This document shows positions 13,265 through 25,940 of a stretch of DNA of 64,000 nucleotides, piece by piece (the stretch's first letter is position 1; the number at the start of each line of letters is the position of its first letter). Position numbers and translations under genes: made by a program. The notes beneath the pieces are model-generated. The model worked only from the letters and a program-made list of their open reading frames with translations. It was not told the DNA's origin and did no database searches. Where the stretch lies: contig MU058844.1 of the NCBI GenBank assembly GCA_013265495.1, forward strand, positions 11,120,184 through 11,184,183. Reading direction: 5' to 3'. The DNA is from Vicugna vicugna (taxonomy: Eukaryota).

Positions 13265-14620
13265 TATATGAAATGGAATAGAATGGACAGCCTTAGAAAA
13301 AGAGCCATCCATGGATTGCCAATTGATTAACAAAGGTACAAAAGCAATTTTCAGTGGGGGAAAAATCTTTTCAAAACAGTGCTGGAGCAATTGGTTTTCC
13401 AATATGCAAAATAATTAACCTGGATCTTTACCTCGTACCATATACAATATTTTACTTGAAATGAATCACAGATCTAAATTTAAGAGCTAACATGATAGAA
13501 GTCCTGCTAGAAAAAACTGGCTAAAAATCATCATTTTTATATTAGGTAAAGATTTCTTAGGAAAAACACACTAAAATATGAGCTATAAAACAATTGATAA
13601 CTGGGACTTAATTAAAATGACCAACTTCTACTCTCCAATACTTATTGTTATGACAATAAAAAGTCAAGATACAGACTAAGAAACAATATTGACCAATAAC
13701 TGAAGGACTTAATCCAGAATATATAAAGAACACTTACCACTCAATAAGAAGATACCTATCCCAATAAAAAAATAAATAAACAGATACACTATTGGACACT
13801 TCCAAGAAGATTTACTAACAGCAAGTAAACATAAGAGAAAATGCTCAAGATCCTTAGTTATCAGAGAAATACAAAATTTAAAAACACAATGTGATCCCAT
13901 GACCTACCCATTTGAATCACTGAAATTAACAAGACTGTTCATGACAAGTGTCTGTGAGGATGTAGAGCAACAGGAACTCTCACAGACCGCCGGTGGTAAC
14001 AGGTAGACATACAACTACCTTATGGCACACCGCTTCCACTTCTACGTACTCACTCTCAAGAAACTACAGCCTATTTCCACACACAGACTTACTTGTACAG
14101 AAACGTTCATGGGGTATTTGTTTGGGATTCTGTCTTAAAAACTAGAAACTTAACTAAAAGGTAAAGCAACGCAAATGACAACCAACAGGTCAATCAAACT
14201 ATGTTTCATGGTGCAATTACACGACTACTCAGTAATAAAACAAACGATTGATTCACGTGACATAAGAGTCTCAAAACAAAAACGCTACATGGAAAAAGTC
14301 ACATTGCCTTCCTCTGCTTACATTATAAAATCATGACTGCATAATGGGATTGAATGATGGTACTAAAATGATAATAATCATAATCACATGACTGCACAAT
14401 GTGTGATTCCATTTCTGTAAAATTCTAGGAAATACATATTAATGTATAGTGACAGAAAGCACTGGAAGACTTTAGGAGCTTAGGGAAACGTACCTGTGGT
14501 AATGGTTTCATAGGTATGTGTGCACATATATATACATACATATGTGTAAATTTATCACATTTCAATATAGGCAGTTTTTTGGTTCTCAGTTACACCTCAA
14601 TAAAGTTATATATTTAAAAA
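13265..14620 (+). mobile_element. Old L1 (L1MC/ME-like) ORF2 end plus 3'UTR
   Basis: aaatggaatagaatggacagcc...caaaggtacaaaagcaatt...aaatgctcaagatccttagttatcagagaaatacaaa...tacacctcaataaagtt. Confidence 0.85.
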
Positions 14621-15019
14621 AAAGGCACAGAAGGGAATAAAGACAAAATTTCTTAGCTTAGAATTTATTGCTTTCAGCAATCTAACCAGTCTCTGAAAAT
14701 ATGCAAATGACATTGGCCCACACTTTCTGACCTGAGGTCTGAAAGTGGCCTGGCTAAATACTTCTCCTCTACAATTTTATTATGTTTTTCCCCTTAGAAC
14801 ACCGTTTTTGTTTTTTTTTTTTTTAATCCTCAAAGTTTAGTACTTTTACCAAGTTAATCCTTGGTGTTAAATTTTCCTAGAATAGCATCTAAGTATGTAC
14901 TGATCTAGACGTTATTTGATTTCAAGAATTCTTTCATTATGTCTTCTGAAGTATTTTTTATACTTATCTGGGGATTGCACCTTCATTGTCTGGCCCTCTG
15001 TCTCAACTCTATTATTATC

Positions 15020-15560
15020 TATACTGATCAAGACAACTTTAACCTTTCCCTCAGCTTGACTAAACTTCAGACAGGCTTCTTCCTGCCTCTGATCCCCCTC
15101 GCACCTGCCATACAGAATCCAGATGGCCTAAATACACAGGTCTCTCCCCTCCCTTTACTTAGAGCATTTACTTTAGAAAGCTTGTCGTCATAAATTCTTC
15201 CTCTGTTCCACTGTGATTTAAATACTTTTGGAAGCTTCTTCCTGATTTTACAACCTAACATTGTTTTCCTCAAGGACCTGGGAGTCATCCCTTTGAAATG
15301 CAATCAACAAGGGAAAGAGTACCCCTCTCTCTAAACTTCTGTGGGATGGGCAGGAGCTTAACTTGCTTTGCCGCAAGTTTTAAGACCACCCCTTGTGATG
15401 CAGGCATGAGAAGATGGGCTGTGGTCCCCAGCACTCAGCCCTTAAAAACTCTCCTGCCACTTCCATCAGCAGAGTTTAGTTCAGACTGCATTCCGATCTT
15501 TCTCCCCTATTCCAATACCCTTAAATAAAACCATCTTCACCTACTTAACTTTGTCTAACA
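15020..15560 (+). mobile_element. ERV1 solo LTR (MER89/MER90-like)
   Basis: ttccctcagcttgactaaacttcagacaggcttcttcctg...ttagagcatttactttagaaagcttg...ctcaaggacctgggagtcatccctttgaaatg...aataaaaccatcttc. Related to 56294-56780. Confidence 0.75.
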
Positions 15561-16289
15561 CAATTTATGCATTGACAATATTCATTTTTTTACCTTTCCC
15601 TCAGGGTGTGCGTGTACGTGTATACATATGTGTATATATATACACACAAATAAAATTTTGCTCTTTTTCAATGTTTTTGAAATTATCTATTTTATTTAAT
15701 TTATTCATTTTTGTAGTTCTTTTTCCAATTGGTAATTTGATATTTTGCCTCTTACCCTTTGATATCTTTAATTTACTTGAAAGGGTAAAGCAATTCTTTC
15801 CTAAAATTACAAAATGTATATACCTATGCTTTACATATAGCATAAGTGTCTTCAATTTTCTTGGCCACCTTTTGCATTAATTTAATGTTATATTTATTTT
15901 TGATTTTGCTTCTCATAGCAAAATGCTTTTCATTTTGCCACTTAGGCTAATAATTGTCCCTAAATATGGTACAGAGATTCTTTTTTTCTTTTCTATGTCT
16001 TATCATGACATTGTTTCAGGACTTTACATTGGAAGCCTTGATGTTACTGATTTTTTTTCCCTTCATCTAATTAAGTGTATTTGGCTACTGGGCGGGGTGG
16101 TTACTAAGGGAGACAGGGCACTAGGCAACTTCTTGTCAACTTTTCCTACAGATTCATTGACTTCCATCTCCCATTGGCTTGTGTGGTTAAATAAGTGCAA
16201 GGGTAGGATGAGCTCTTCATCCCTAGGCTTTCAAGAGTGAACACCACCTTGGAAAAAGTTTCATCTAGTGTGATTCAATACGGCTCGTA

Positions 16290-16292
<3 letters not shown>

Positions 16293-16325
<33 letters not shown>
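16293..16325. repeat. Poly(T) tract, 33 nt
   Basis: Seen directly. Confidence 0.95.
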
Positions 16326-16328
<3 letters not shown>

Positions 16329-16929
16329 GATCTGCAACACACAATGTCTTTGTTGACCCAAAATGTCCCCACATCATTGTTCCCTTGGCCCAGCTACCAC
16401 TACAATCTCCCTCTTTCCTTTCAAATGAGGTATCATGGTTATCTTGTGTGGTCAGAAGATCTCTTGCTCAGTCCTCCTCCCATTCTATGGCATGAGTGAG
16501 ACCACAAATAATAACATTCTACTATTAACCTCCAAGCAAGAGAATTTAGTAGTCAGATTGTCCCACTTTCTCAATTCCTTTTCATATTTAGGATCATAAG
16601 CAGTATTTGTATTTTTGGAGTACATCACCTAAGTATAAATTGCATACTGTCCAGGAGATAATCTATAGAATTTGAAGTATGGCTTTGTTGTCACTGTTTA
16701 ATTTCAGTAGACATATGCAGTTTATATCTAATCTGAGGTTGTTTTTCTTCTTTGAACGAGTCTGAAAGAGATTAATGCATTGTACATGTTGCCAACTTTC
16801 TTGGAAGTCTTCCCAAATTAGCGTTAAAATCACATTCAAATTTTCTCTCTGCAGCAAACAAAAACATTTGATCAATTCAGATGAGACATGATTAGCACCC
16901 ATTTGCCTAATCTCTTTTAATAATGTGAC

Positions 16930-17892
16930 AGGTGATAGCCTCCTAACTGGTCTCTGCTTCAGCTCCTATTGCCCTCTCCAGAGGGCAGATGCTGTTAAAA
17001 TTAAAGTCAGATCATGTCATTCCTCCACTCAAAATCTTCCAATAGTTTCTATTTCACTCAGAATAAAATCTGAGGTTTTTATCATGAACTACAAGGACCT
17101 TCACGGTCTGGGTCCCCCAGATATCTCTAACCTCATCTCTCACACTTCCTCCCTAATCCACATGGGTCGACACACCCTTAAACAGTACAGGCCAGCTATA
17201 CTCCCCACCCCCAAGCCCTCAGCATTGGCTCTTCCCTCAGCTTAGCCCATTCACATTAAGAGGAAACTTCTTAGAAGACTTTCTCAACCATCTTATCCAA
17301 AATTTTGACATATTCTAACCTTTCCTGCCTTTTATCTCCCATATCACTTACAGTCTATTTTATTCGTCTTGTTTATCAAATATCTTCCCCAGACAACTTT
17401 AAGTTCCACATGGGAAAGGCTTTTGGTCTGACTTGTTCACTGTTATATTCCCAGTACCTAGAGCAGAGTTTGGCTATTATGAATGGAATGTTTATGTTCT
17501 TCGCCCCCCTCCCAAGTTAATATGTTGGAGACCTAACCCTTAAAGTGATGCTATTAGGAAGTGGGACCTTTGGGAAGTAACTAGGTTTGGATGAGGTCAA
17601 GAGTGTGGGACCCCCCCCCAACTATGATGAGATTAGTGCCCTGGTAAAAAGGGAAGAGACACCAGAGGCTGCTTCTTCCTGCCATGTGAAGATGCAGCAA
17701 GAAGGCAGCCAGCTGCAAATCAGAAAGAGAGCTCTCACCAGACACCAACATGCTGGTACCCTGATCTTGGACCTCTAGCCTCCACAACTGTGAGAAAATG
17801 AATATCAATAAATACTGAATTACAGCAGCCCAAGCTGACTTAGCCAGTGGCCCATGAAAGACAGTTAATAGTTGATTAAGGACATAAATAAA
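16930..17892 (+). mobile_element. L2 3' region, interrupted by an MLT1A LTR at 17474-17846
   Basis: atagcctcctaactggtctctgc...aagtcagatcatgtcattcctccactcaaaatcttccaat...ttgttcactgttatattcccagtacctagagcagag; the tail resumes at ~17847. Confidence 0.85.
17474..17846 (+). mobile_element. MaLR LTR (MLT1A0-like), solo
   Basis: gaatgtttatgttc...ctattaggaagtgggacctttgggaagtaactagg...atgagattagtgccct...ccctgatcttggacctctagcctccacaactgtgagaaa...cagcagcccaagctgact. Confidence 0.9.
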
Positions 17893-18079
17893 TCAGAGTC
17901 TTGGGAAGGAAATACCCTGGTAGCTTGGGTCTGACTTTCTCTCCAAGAAGAATGCAGCTGCCACAGACCACTTAGATGACCCATGTTATCCAATTTGGTG
18001 GTAAAAAAAAAATAAATAAAACCAATGATATGGAACTAGTATTGACCGTGTTCAATTTAACACTTATTCCATAGAAACA

Positions 18080-18295
18080 CTATAGTGCACTGATTACACA
18101 TGCAGGCTGTGAAGCTGGAATGCATGGGTTGGATCCTCAGCATGGCTACTTACTAATATCTTATGCAAGGTAATCACTTGTAAGTCATCTGTAATGGGTG
18201 GAACAGTAATGTCGTGAGGATCACATAAGTTCATGTATTACAGTATTAAGAATTTTTGGCACATATTTAGTGTCCAGTGCATATGAGGTATTGCT
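18080..18295 (+). mobile_element. MIR SINE
   Basis: tgcatgggttggatcctcagcatggctacttacta...tcatctgtaatggg...gtgaggatcacataagtt. Confidence 0.75.
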
Positions 18296-21059
18296 AATTG
18301 TTGTGAAGTTGTTTGGCTTTATTCTAGGATTCACACGTAAGTAATGGAAGAGTCTTCAAGCCAAACAGCTACTGTTTTCAAAGCACCCTGGTTTTATATT
18401 CCCTTTTCAGATGAACAAACCTGTACATAAGAATTCATTCTTTACAAGAAAGGAGCAGCGCATTCTAACCTTCGAAAATGAAAGGCCATTGATTCTTTCT
18501 GATGCTCCCAAATCTCTCAAAGGTCACACTGCCGAGAGATGAAACCAGATGAGATCTGAGAACTTCTGGACAGCACTTCCTTAGGTAATGAAATTTCACC
18601 TATTTTTAATCCTTTGTAATGAGCAACGTGTAAAGTCACACAATCAGAATATTAAACTATCAGAAGAGCGGGAGACCTATACATCACACCCCTCATTTTT
18701 CTGATGAGCAAACTGAAGTTTCAGTAGAGAGCCTTCGTAATGGGTGTTCAATACAACTCTCAGGCTTTAATATAAATCCTATTATACTAAGAAGAAATTA
18801 CTCATAGCACTACATTTGTTTGCTCAGGACAAAACTAAAATTGTTTCAGCATAAGCCGACTGTTAAAAATCCAACATAGATAACAATACTCAAATGCTAG
18901 GGAGTACGCAAACATTTGTGACCAGGAGGTCAAGAGAATCTCTACTGAACGTGTATGTTTTACGTAAAACATGATATGTCTATGCATAAACATGGCTGCA
19001 TTTAACATCATGAGAACAGTGCATTGCTTTTATGAATTAACTTTTGCCTTTACAGGCACGTTATCTTCCCAAATAAAACTGAAGGTGAATATTGTGGTTG
19101 AAATGATAAAAACAGCATATATGATTTTTATACTAAGAGTATTTGGTAAATCAAAATGTTTGAAATTTCTGTATCTTCAATGCAATCGTAAGCAATTTAA
19201 CATTGTGGTTTCTCTGTTTTAACTAACTAAAATGAACCATCTAAAGAAACAGTATGTAATTAAGTGAAAAGAAGTTATTTGAGAGGACTTTTTTGTACTG
19301 ATCACTCATGACTCACACTGAGGGCACACCCTCCCCAACGGACACAACTGAATCTCACAGAACTCTTCAGCTCTTTACCTATATAAGAACTCTGTCTCCA
19401 AATTTTATCTTGCTTATTTCTCTCACTTGCTTTCTTTTCCTATTCCTGATTTTCTCTCTGCTTGCAGGACCTGATGCGCATAGTATGGCAGTGCCTTTAG
19501 CCAACACCCCCCTCATATCAAAAGGAAATTGCTCTGACTTTTATGAATGGCAAAAATACCTGACCTAGGAAAAGCTTATCCCCTTTTAGTAGGATGTCTG
19601 AATACTCAATAGTAAACAGCAGTCACTGAATCATTTCTAAATAGCATCACTTAAATATTTCTAATACTTTAGAGGACCTTGGGAATACAAGACTGATTTC
19701 CAGGTCAGAGATTTATATATTTATTTTCTAATTAGCAGATATCATCATTGGCTGTAACACCCAAATTGATCATCAGTAGCAGTTCATCCAAACACTATCG
19801 CATTTCCAAATGTCTATGTAATACTGACAAGGCTAAAGCTAGTAGGTTAGGTTTAAAAAAAAACAAACTTAGTCATATTTTATATCATGTAGGTGTAAGT
19901 ATATTTTTATATGCAGTAATAACACTTACACAATCCTTGATGGAATCCCAGTTCCTAAGCATCAACTTCTTCCTAGATCAGCTGAGTGCATGAGGCCTAG
20001 TGAGCCATTAGCTTTTACTGAAGGATGGATGAGTACCAGTCCCTACAGAACAGAGGATCAGCTCCTGCCTTGCAGCAAAGCTTTTTCCTGGATTCTCTTC
20101 ACCATGGGATTTAACCACGTCTTTTCCTGACGTAACCAGAGAGGAAAGAGGCAGTCAGAAGAAGAAAATGAAATGTATTGAAATGAAATCACCAAGTGGG
20201 CGTGGCTTTTGCCTCTGACATTACTGATCTTCACTGCTAGACCCCCTTTCGCGGGGTGGCCCCTGGAAATTTCTCTGGGTGGTAAAGCATACGTGATCTG
20301 GAATGCAAATCATAGCTGTCATTTATGAAAAGATTTTTTTAATGTTGCTTAAAAAAGATGTACTATCTGATAAATGAATCTTGTGATAGAATAAAATGTT
20401 CCCTCATTCTTCAACTCTTTTTCTTTTAAGATATTTTACACTTACCACTTCACAGTGCAATTTATTACTTAAAACTTTTAAAGCAGAAATAAAAAGATAT
20501 GGTAGAGAACTGTACAGCTTTCCCTTAGAATTTAACAAATTAGTAACTCATTTAGAGGAAAGAAATAAAATGGTTAACTGGTTGTTTTCTAGCCTGGAAA
20601 GGCTAGACCTCATATTTCCATCTTGTTTTTTAAAGTAGTTTTTTTTTTCTGACACCTTTCAGAATTAGTATGCCAGGATTTTACTTAGCAGTAATTTAGG
20701 AAAATAGGGAAAGATGCTAAGGATATAAATGTTTTTTAAACTGGATGTTAGCAAGAACTTCACTATGTACAGGACATCTATTCTAAAGAACCAACAAAAA
20801 GACTTCTACCACTAGGGAAGAGGTAGAGGATTTGAAAGACTTTTTCTCCGATGGTAAAACTAAGAAAAATCATGACAATTAAAAACCACACTTCTCTGTG
20901 AGATTAGGAAAAAGTATTTGCTAAGAAACCTGATGAACTGAATTCCAGGGAGAAATCAGCCTTCAGAGTTGAGCAGAGTATAATGACAGCTTCTACACAG
21001 TTCCTAGGAAAAATGTATAGACCAAAAAGTAATTTCTAAAATCTTTGATCCAAGTTTCC

Positions 21060-23670
21060 ACCTTCAAATGCTAACAAAAATTGACTAAATTAAACCCAAT
21101 GCAACTAGAAGGGAGAAAATAATAAAAATAAAAGTCGGAAATTATAAAATAGAATAACAGAAAACTCAATCACACTAAAAGCCAGTTTTTGGAAAGGAAA
21201 CAAAGTTGCTGAAACTCTAGTTACCACGAACAACAATAACAACAGCAGAAGAGAGGAAACATCCACTGCAAAATCGGAAATAAAGAGGAAGCATCACTAT
21301 GGATCCTACAGGCATCTGGAGACTAGTAAGGAAATACTATCAGCAAACTTATGCCAATAAATTTAACAATTCAGATGCAATCAACAAGTTCCTTGTAACA
21401 TACAAGTTACCAAAACTCATCTGCTAACAAATAGATATTAACTAGCCTTACACCTATTAGTGACTTGTAAATGTAAATGTAATGTAAAACTGTCCTAAAA
21501 GTAAGATATTAGGTCCAGATGACTTCGCTGTTGAATTCTATACAACACCTAAGACATTGTACAGTCATTTCAACAGGTGCAAAAGCAGCATGTGATCAAA
21601 TTCCACGCCTATTCAGGATAAAAATTTCTCAACAAAATGTGAATCTAAGGGAAATTCATCAATCTGAGAAAGGTTAACTTGAGAAAAAAAAAATCTACAA
21701 TCAACATCATACTGAAGGATTAAATCCTTTCCTTTCCAAGGAAACCAGGCAAACTTGTCTGTTCTCACTACTTCTATCCATATAAATGGAGTTCTCATCC
21801 AGTGCAGTTAAGACCAGTAAAAAATAATAAAAATTAAAATGGTAAAGATTAAGAAGAAAATTGAAATGTATTTTTAAATAGACAACCTAACTTAGCTAAT
21901 AGTAAATTTTAAAAATCTGTGGAAAAGAAGAAATGCTATCACTACTAAGCAGATTAGTTCACAAGGACAATATACAAAAATCAATTGCATTTTTATAAAC
22001 TAGGAACAGTTGGATAATGAAATTTACAAACCAGTATCATTCATAGTATCATAAAAACTGGATTATATTTAGTAAAATATGTTTAACATCGCTACACTGA
22101 AAAACTACAAGACACTGCTGAGAGAAACTAAGGAAAAATTAAATTGACAAATATTCCAGTTTATTAACTGGATGATTCAACCTTTTTTAAAACACCAATT
22201 TCACTAAAATTGATCAATTCCAATCAAAACCTCAGCAATTCCCTTCCTTCCTGCCTCCCTTCCTCTGTTCAAAATAAAACAGATCCTGAAATATGTATGA
22301 AATTATTAAATGCAAAGGACATCAAATAACCAAAACAGTCTTGGAAGAGCAGACTTACGCTACTCAATTTTACAATTAAACTACAGCCACCAAAATGGTA
22401 TGGTATGGTGTGAAGATCAATAAATAGATCAGTAGAACAGAATAGAGAGTCCAGAAATAGACACATTCATATGGTCCATGGAGTTTTCATAAAATGGCAA
22501 AGCAATTCAATGGGGAAAGGAAATTTTTCAATAAAGTATCTGGAACCACTGGATATCCACATGGAAAACAATGATCCCTAACTCTTATCTTATGCAGACA
22601 CAAAATATTATTTAAAATTAATAGAAGAATGCATTCATGATCTTGGGGTAGGGAAGATTTTCTTAGAACTAAAAAGGTAGCAGATAGAGTATAAAATAAT
22701 ACACTGGATGTCAAAAGTATAAGCTTCTACTCTTTTAAAGATAATAGTAAAATAAAAATAAGCCATAGACTCAAAAATTATATTCATATATAATATTATT
22801 ATATACTTATAAATTGTCTCACTTACAATTCAATAAAAAGTTACAAACAACTCAAAAAGTAGGCAAAAGATCTGAACAGACTTCCCAAAATTAGTTATAC
22901 AATGGACAATAAGCACATAAAATTATGCTCATCACTAGTAATCAGGGAAAATCAAATTAAAATCACAAATTAAAACTCACTAGGATGGCTAAAATTAATA
23001 AACATCAACAATTCCAAGTGTTATGAAAATGTGGACAAAATGGAACTCTCATGCACTGCTGGTAGACATGCAAAATCTTAAATACTTTGGCAAACAGTTT
23101 GGCAATTTCTGAAACATATAATACAGCATGGGAGCAAGCAATTGCACTCTTTTAAGTTTCTATCCAAGGGAAATGAAAGATTTTGTCTACAGAGAGATCT
23201 GTATTATCATGTTCACAGTAGGTTTATACCAGCCAAAAATGTGGGAGTGGGGGCAAAGTTGGGATGGAAATGTCCATCCACAGGTCAAAGTACAAACAAA
23301 TCTTGGTATGTTTATATTCATCCAATGGAATGCTACTCAGCAATGAAAAGCAACTGACTGCTGATACTTCCAACATCATGGATTGACCTTTAAAACCTGA
23401 TGAGTAAGATGAGTCAAATACAAAAATGTGTCTATTGTACGATTCCCCACATATGAGGCTCAAGAAAAGGCAAACCAATTATGGTGCTGAAAATCAGCAA
23501 AGTGGCTGTTTGGGCAGTGACTGCCTGAAAGGAGCATGAAGAAAACTAGGATGTTGGAAATTTCCTGTATCTTGATAGGGATGGTGTGTACATTTGTCAG
23601 AACACATTGTACTGCACAGTTAAGCACTGTGCACTTACGATGTATAAATCTGACCTCAAAACAAAATGTT
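21060..23670 (+). mobile_element. Old L1 (L1M-type), ~2.6 kb of decayed ORF2 plus 3'UTR
   Basis: aaacccaatgcaactagaaggg...catcactatggatcctacaggcat...aaacttatgccaataaatttaacaa...caatatacaaaaatcaattgcattt...agaacagaatagagagtccagaaatagac...ggaactctcatgcactgctggt. Confidence 0.9.
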
Positions 23671-24489
23671 TAAACATGCTGGTCAATAGTCCCTTTTCCT
23701 TTTCTCAGCTTCTACCTTACTGAACATTATCAAAAAGAAGGAAATGCAGGACGTGAGTACAGGGTCAAATACATGCTCATAGTGTTCCTCTCCCCTTGCT
23801 TTCTCTTTCCTTCTCTAAATAATTTAATTAGCATTTAATGCGTGCTGGGCATTTTATTAAGCATTAGGTCTAAAAAGTCCATTAGTCTATGAGTCCTACA
23901 CCATAAGGGTTCAAGCTGTGAAAATACGCCATTAACTAACCCTGGTGCCCCCTACTTCGCCCAGCTCACACCAATTCGTGGATTCTACCTCATGTTATTT
24001 AAATAGTGTCACAGATCTCCGGGGCTCACGGCTTCCAAATGATGGGCAGCCAGGTCCACGTCACTCCTTTGTCTCTGGAAGTACTCTGGTGTGACAGAAG
24101 GAATACCCCAGGTGCAATTCTTTGTGCAGCCTGAGTCTGACTGCTGTTCTTGGCATCTGTCAGAAACGGTCCCATGACTTCAGGGTGACAAGTAAAGATA
24201 CTGCACACACGTTTCAGTTCTGGGACTGGAAAGAGGCAAGGGCAAACTGTGGAACAGCCATGTACTCGCCTTTGAGTATTTTCTGTTTTGTCTGAAAAGC
24301 TACGTAGGCCATTATAATTGTGTTGGGGTGGTAGGAGGAGGCCATTCCGACTTTTAAGCAGGAGAAAGAGCAGCTCACGTTTGTCCCTAAGAGACATCAC
24401 TATGGTCACAATGTGAGGCAAGACTTGAGGATGAGATGTATAACGTAAGGAGATCACTTTAAGGCTATTAAAATAATTCACTCAATCAA

Positions 24490-25070
24490 GAAGCCATGAA
24501 GGACTAAATTAAAACAGGGGAGTGGACTGGGGAGGGAGGTGAGAAATATTAAGGAATAAGAATATAGGAGAGGTGATAATGGAGGTTACATACAAAGCAA
24601 TATTCCGAGATGTTCCTTAGGTTCCTGGCTTCCATGACTGTGTGGGTAGTAGTGCCATTTTCTAAGATAGAATGTAAAAAAAAACAAAAAACAAAACAAA
24701 ACAAACATCTTTTTTAACCTGGGGCAGGTGTTCAGTTAGTACTGAACTACTGAGTTTCAAATGATTGTGGGATAGCCCATGGAGGTTTACACCAAGTAGC
24801 TAGCTAGTCCAAAGCATAGCAGAGAAGGCTGACCTGGAGGCTGGTCTGTGTTGGGAATGACCTGCTTGTAAATGATAGCTGAAGCTCTTGAGATCATCCA
24901 AGGCGGGCAGAGAGCATCAACAGCAGTGAGATAAGGAATGAACACAGAATAACTCAGATTTTTTAATGGAATTAAAAAATGGAGTAAGTCCACAATAACC
25001 ATCCTAGAAAGAGCAGCCAATAAAGTAGGAGGAAAATCAGAAACGAGGTTGTAAAACTGAGGAAGAAACA
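24490..25070 (-). mobile_element. L2 fragment
   Basis: ccttaggttcctggcttccatgactgtgtgggtagtagtgccattttctaagatag...tgagatcatccaagg...gtaggaggaaaatcag. Confidence 0.7.
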
Positions 25071-25699
25071 CGCAGAGACAGTTACTCACGGCTGTACGTT
25101 GGCTGATTGCCTTTCCAAGCGACATTACGAAAGCAGCACCCATTCACGTCAGATCAACGACTACTGGATCATTTGCAAGGAAGTAATATTTAGCAGGAAG
25201 TAGAAATGAAGAGCTATCTAATTCTTACCACGACGGGACCCACATCCCTCCACAAGCCTCCTCCTCTAACACTCCATTTGGTTAGGGATGAAAGTTTTAT
25301 CTTCCACATGCCACCATGACCTAACCAAATAGGCGACTGCTACCTCTATTTCACAGAGGAAATTGGTTAAACTCAGAGAAACTTTATGAACTGACTAGAT
25401 TTTAAGTGGCAGAGCAAGAATTCGAAATAAGTCTTCTAAGTCCAAGCCTGTTTTCACTCTTAACAGGACACAGTATCTCTCCTACCTCTACCATCTTATT
25501 TGCAAGATCTCAGCATAAAACAGTAAGTTTGGCAGAAGGAATTGCAAATATTTGAACCCACCAGTCGTAAGTCAAAATGTTAGCATTTACATTCTTACTC
25601 CATAATAATGAGCCATGAGAATGGATACCAAAATTGATGCCAAGCATCTTTCTTTTTCCTTTCGAAAAATCTGAGAAAATGTGTAAGTAAATCAACAGC

Positions 25700-25940
25700 T
25701 AACAATTATTGGGCACCTGCCATGGCCAAAATAGTTTTAAGCACTTTACATTGAGTAACTCCTTTAATCCTCTGAAAATCCTACAAGGAAGACATTATTA
25801 CTATTTCAACTGTACGGATGGAGAAACTAAAACCAGAGGTGTGAAGTGCTGGGCCCAACTGCGTTTCCACAGCTGCTTCTGAGTTAAGGTAGGCAGTGAA
25901 CCTGGGATGCAAGTCCACACCATCTAGATCAAGTCACTGT
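25700..25940 (-). mobile_element. MIR SINE
   Basis: acagctaacaattattgggcacc...taagcactttacattgagtaactcctttaatcctc...gatggagaaactaaaaccagagg. Confidence 0.8.

Noticed and set aside
24026..24481. 151-aa minus-strand ORF / possible exon ending GCC|GTGAGC
   Set aside because: Non-ATG start, weak splice sites and no recognisable protein.
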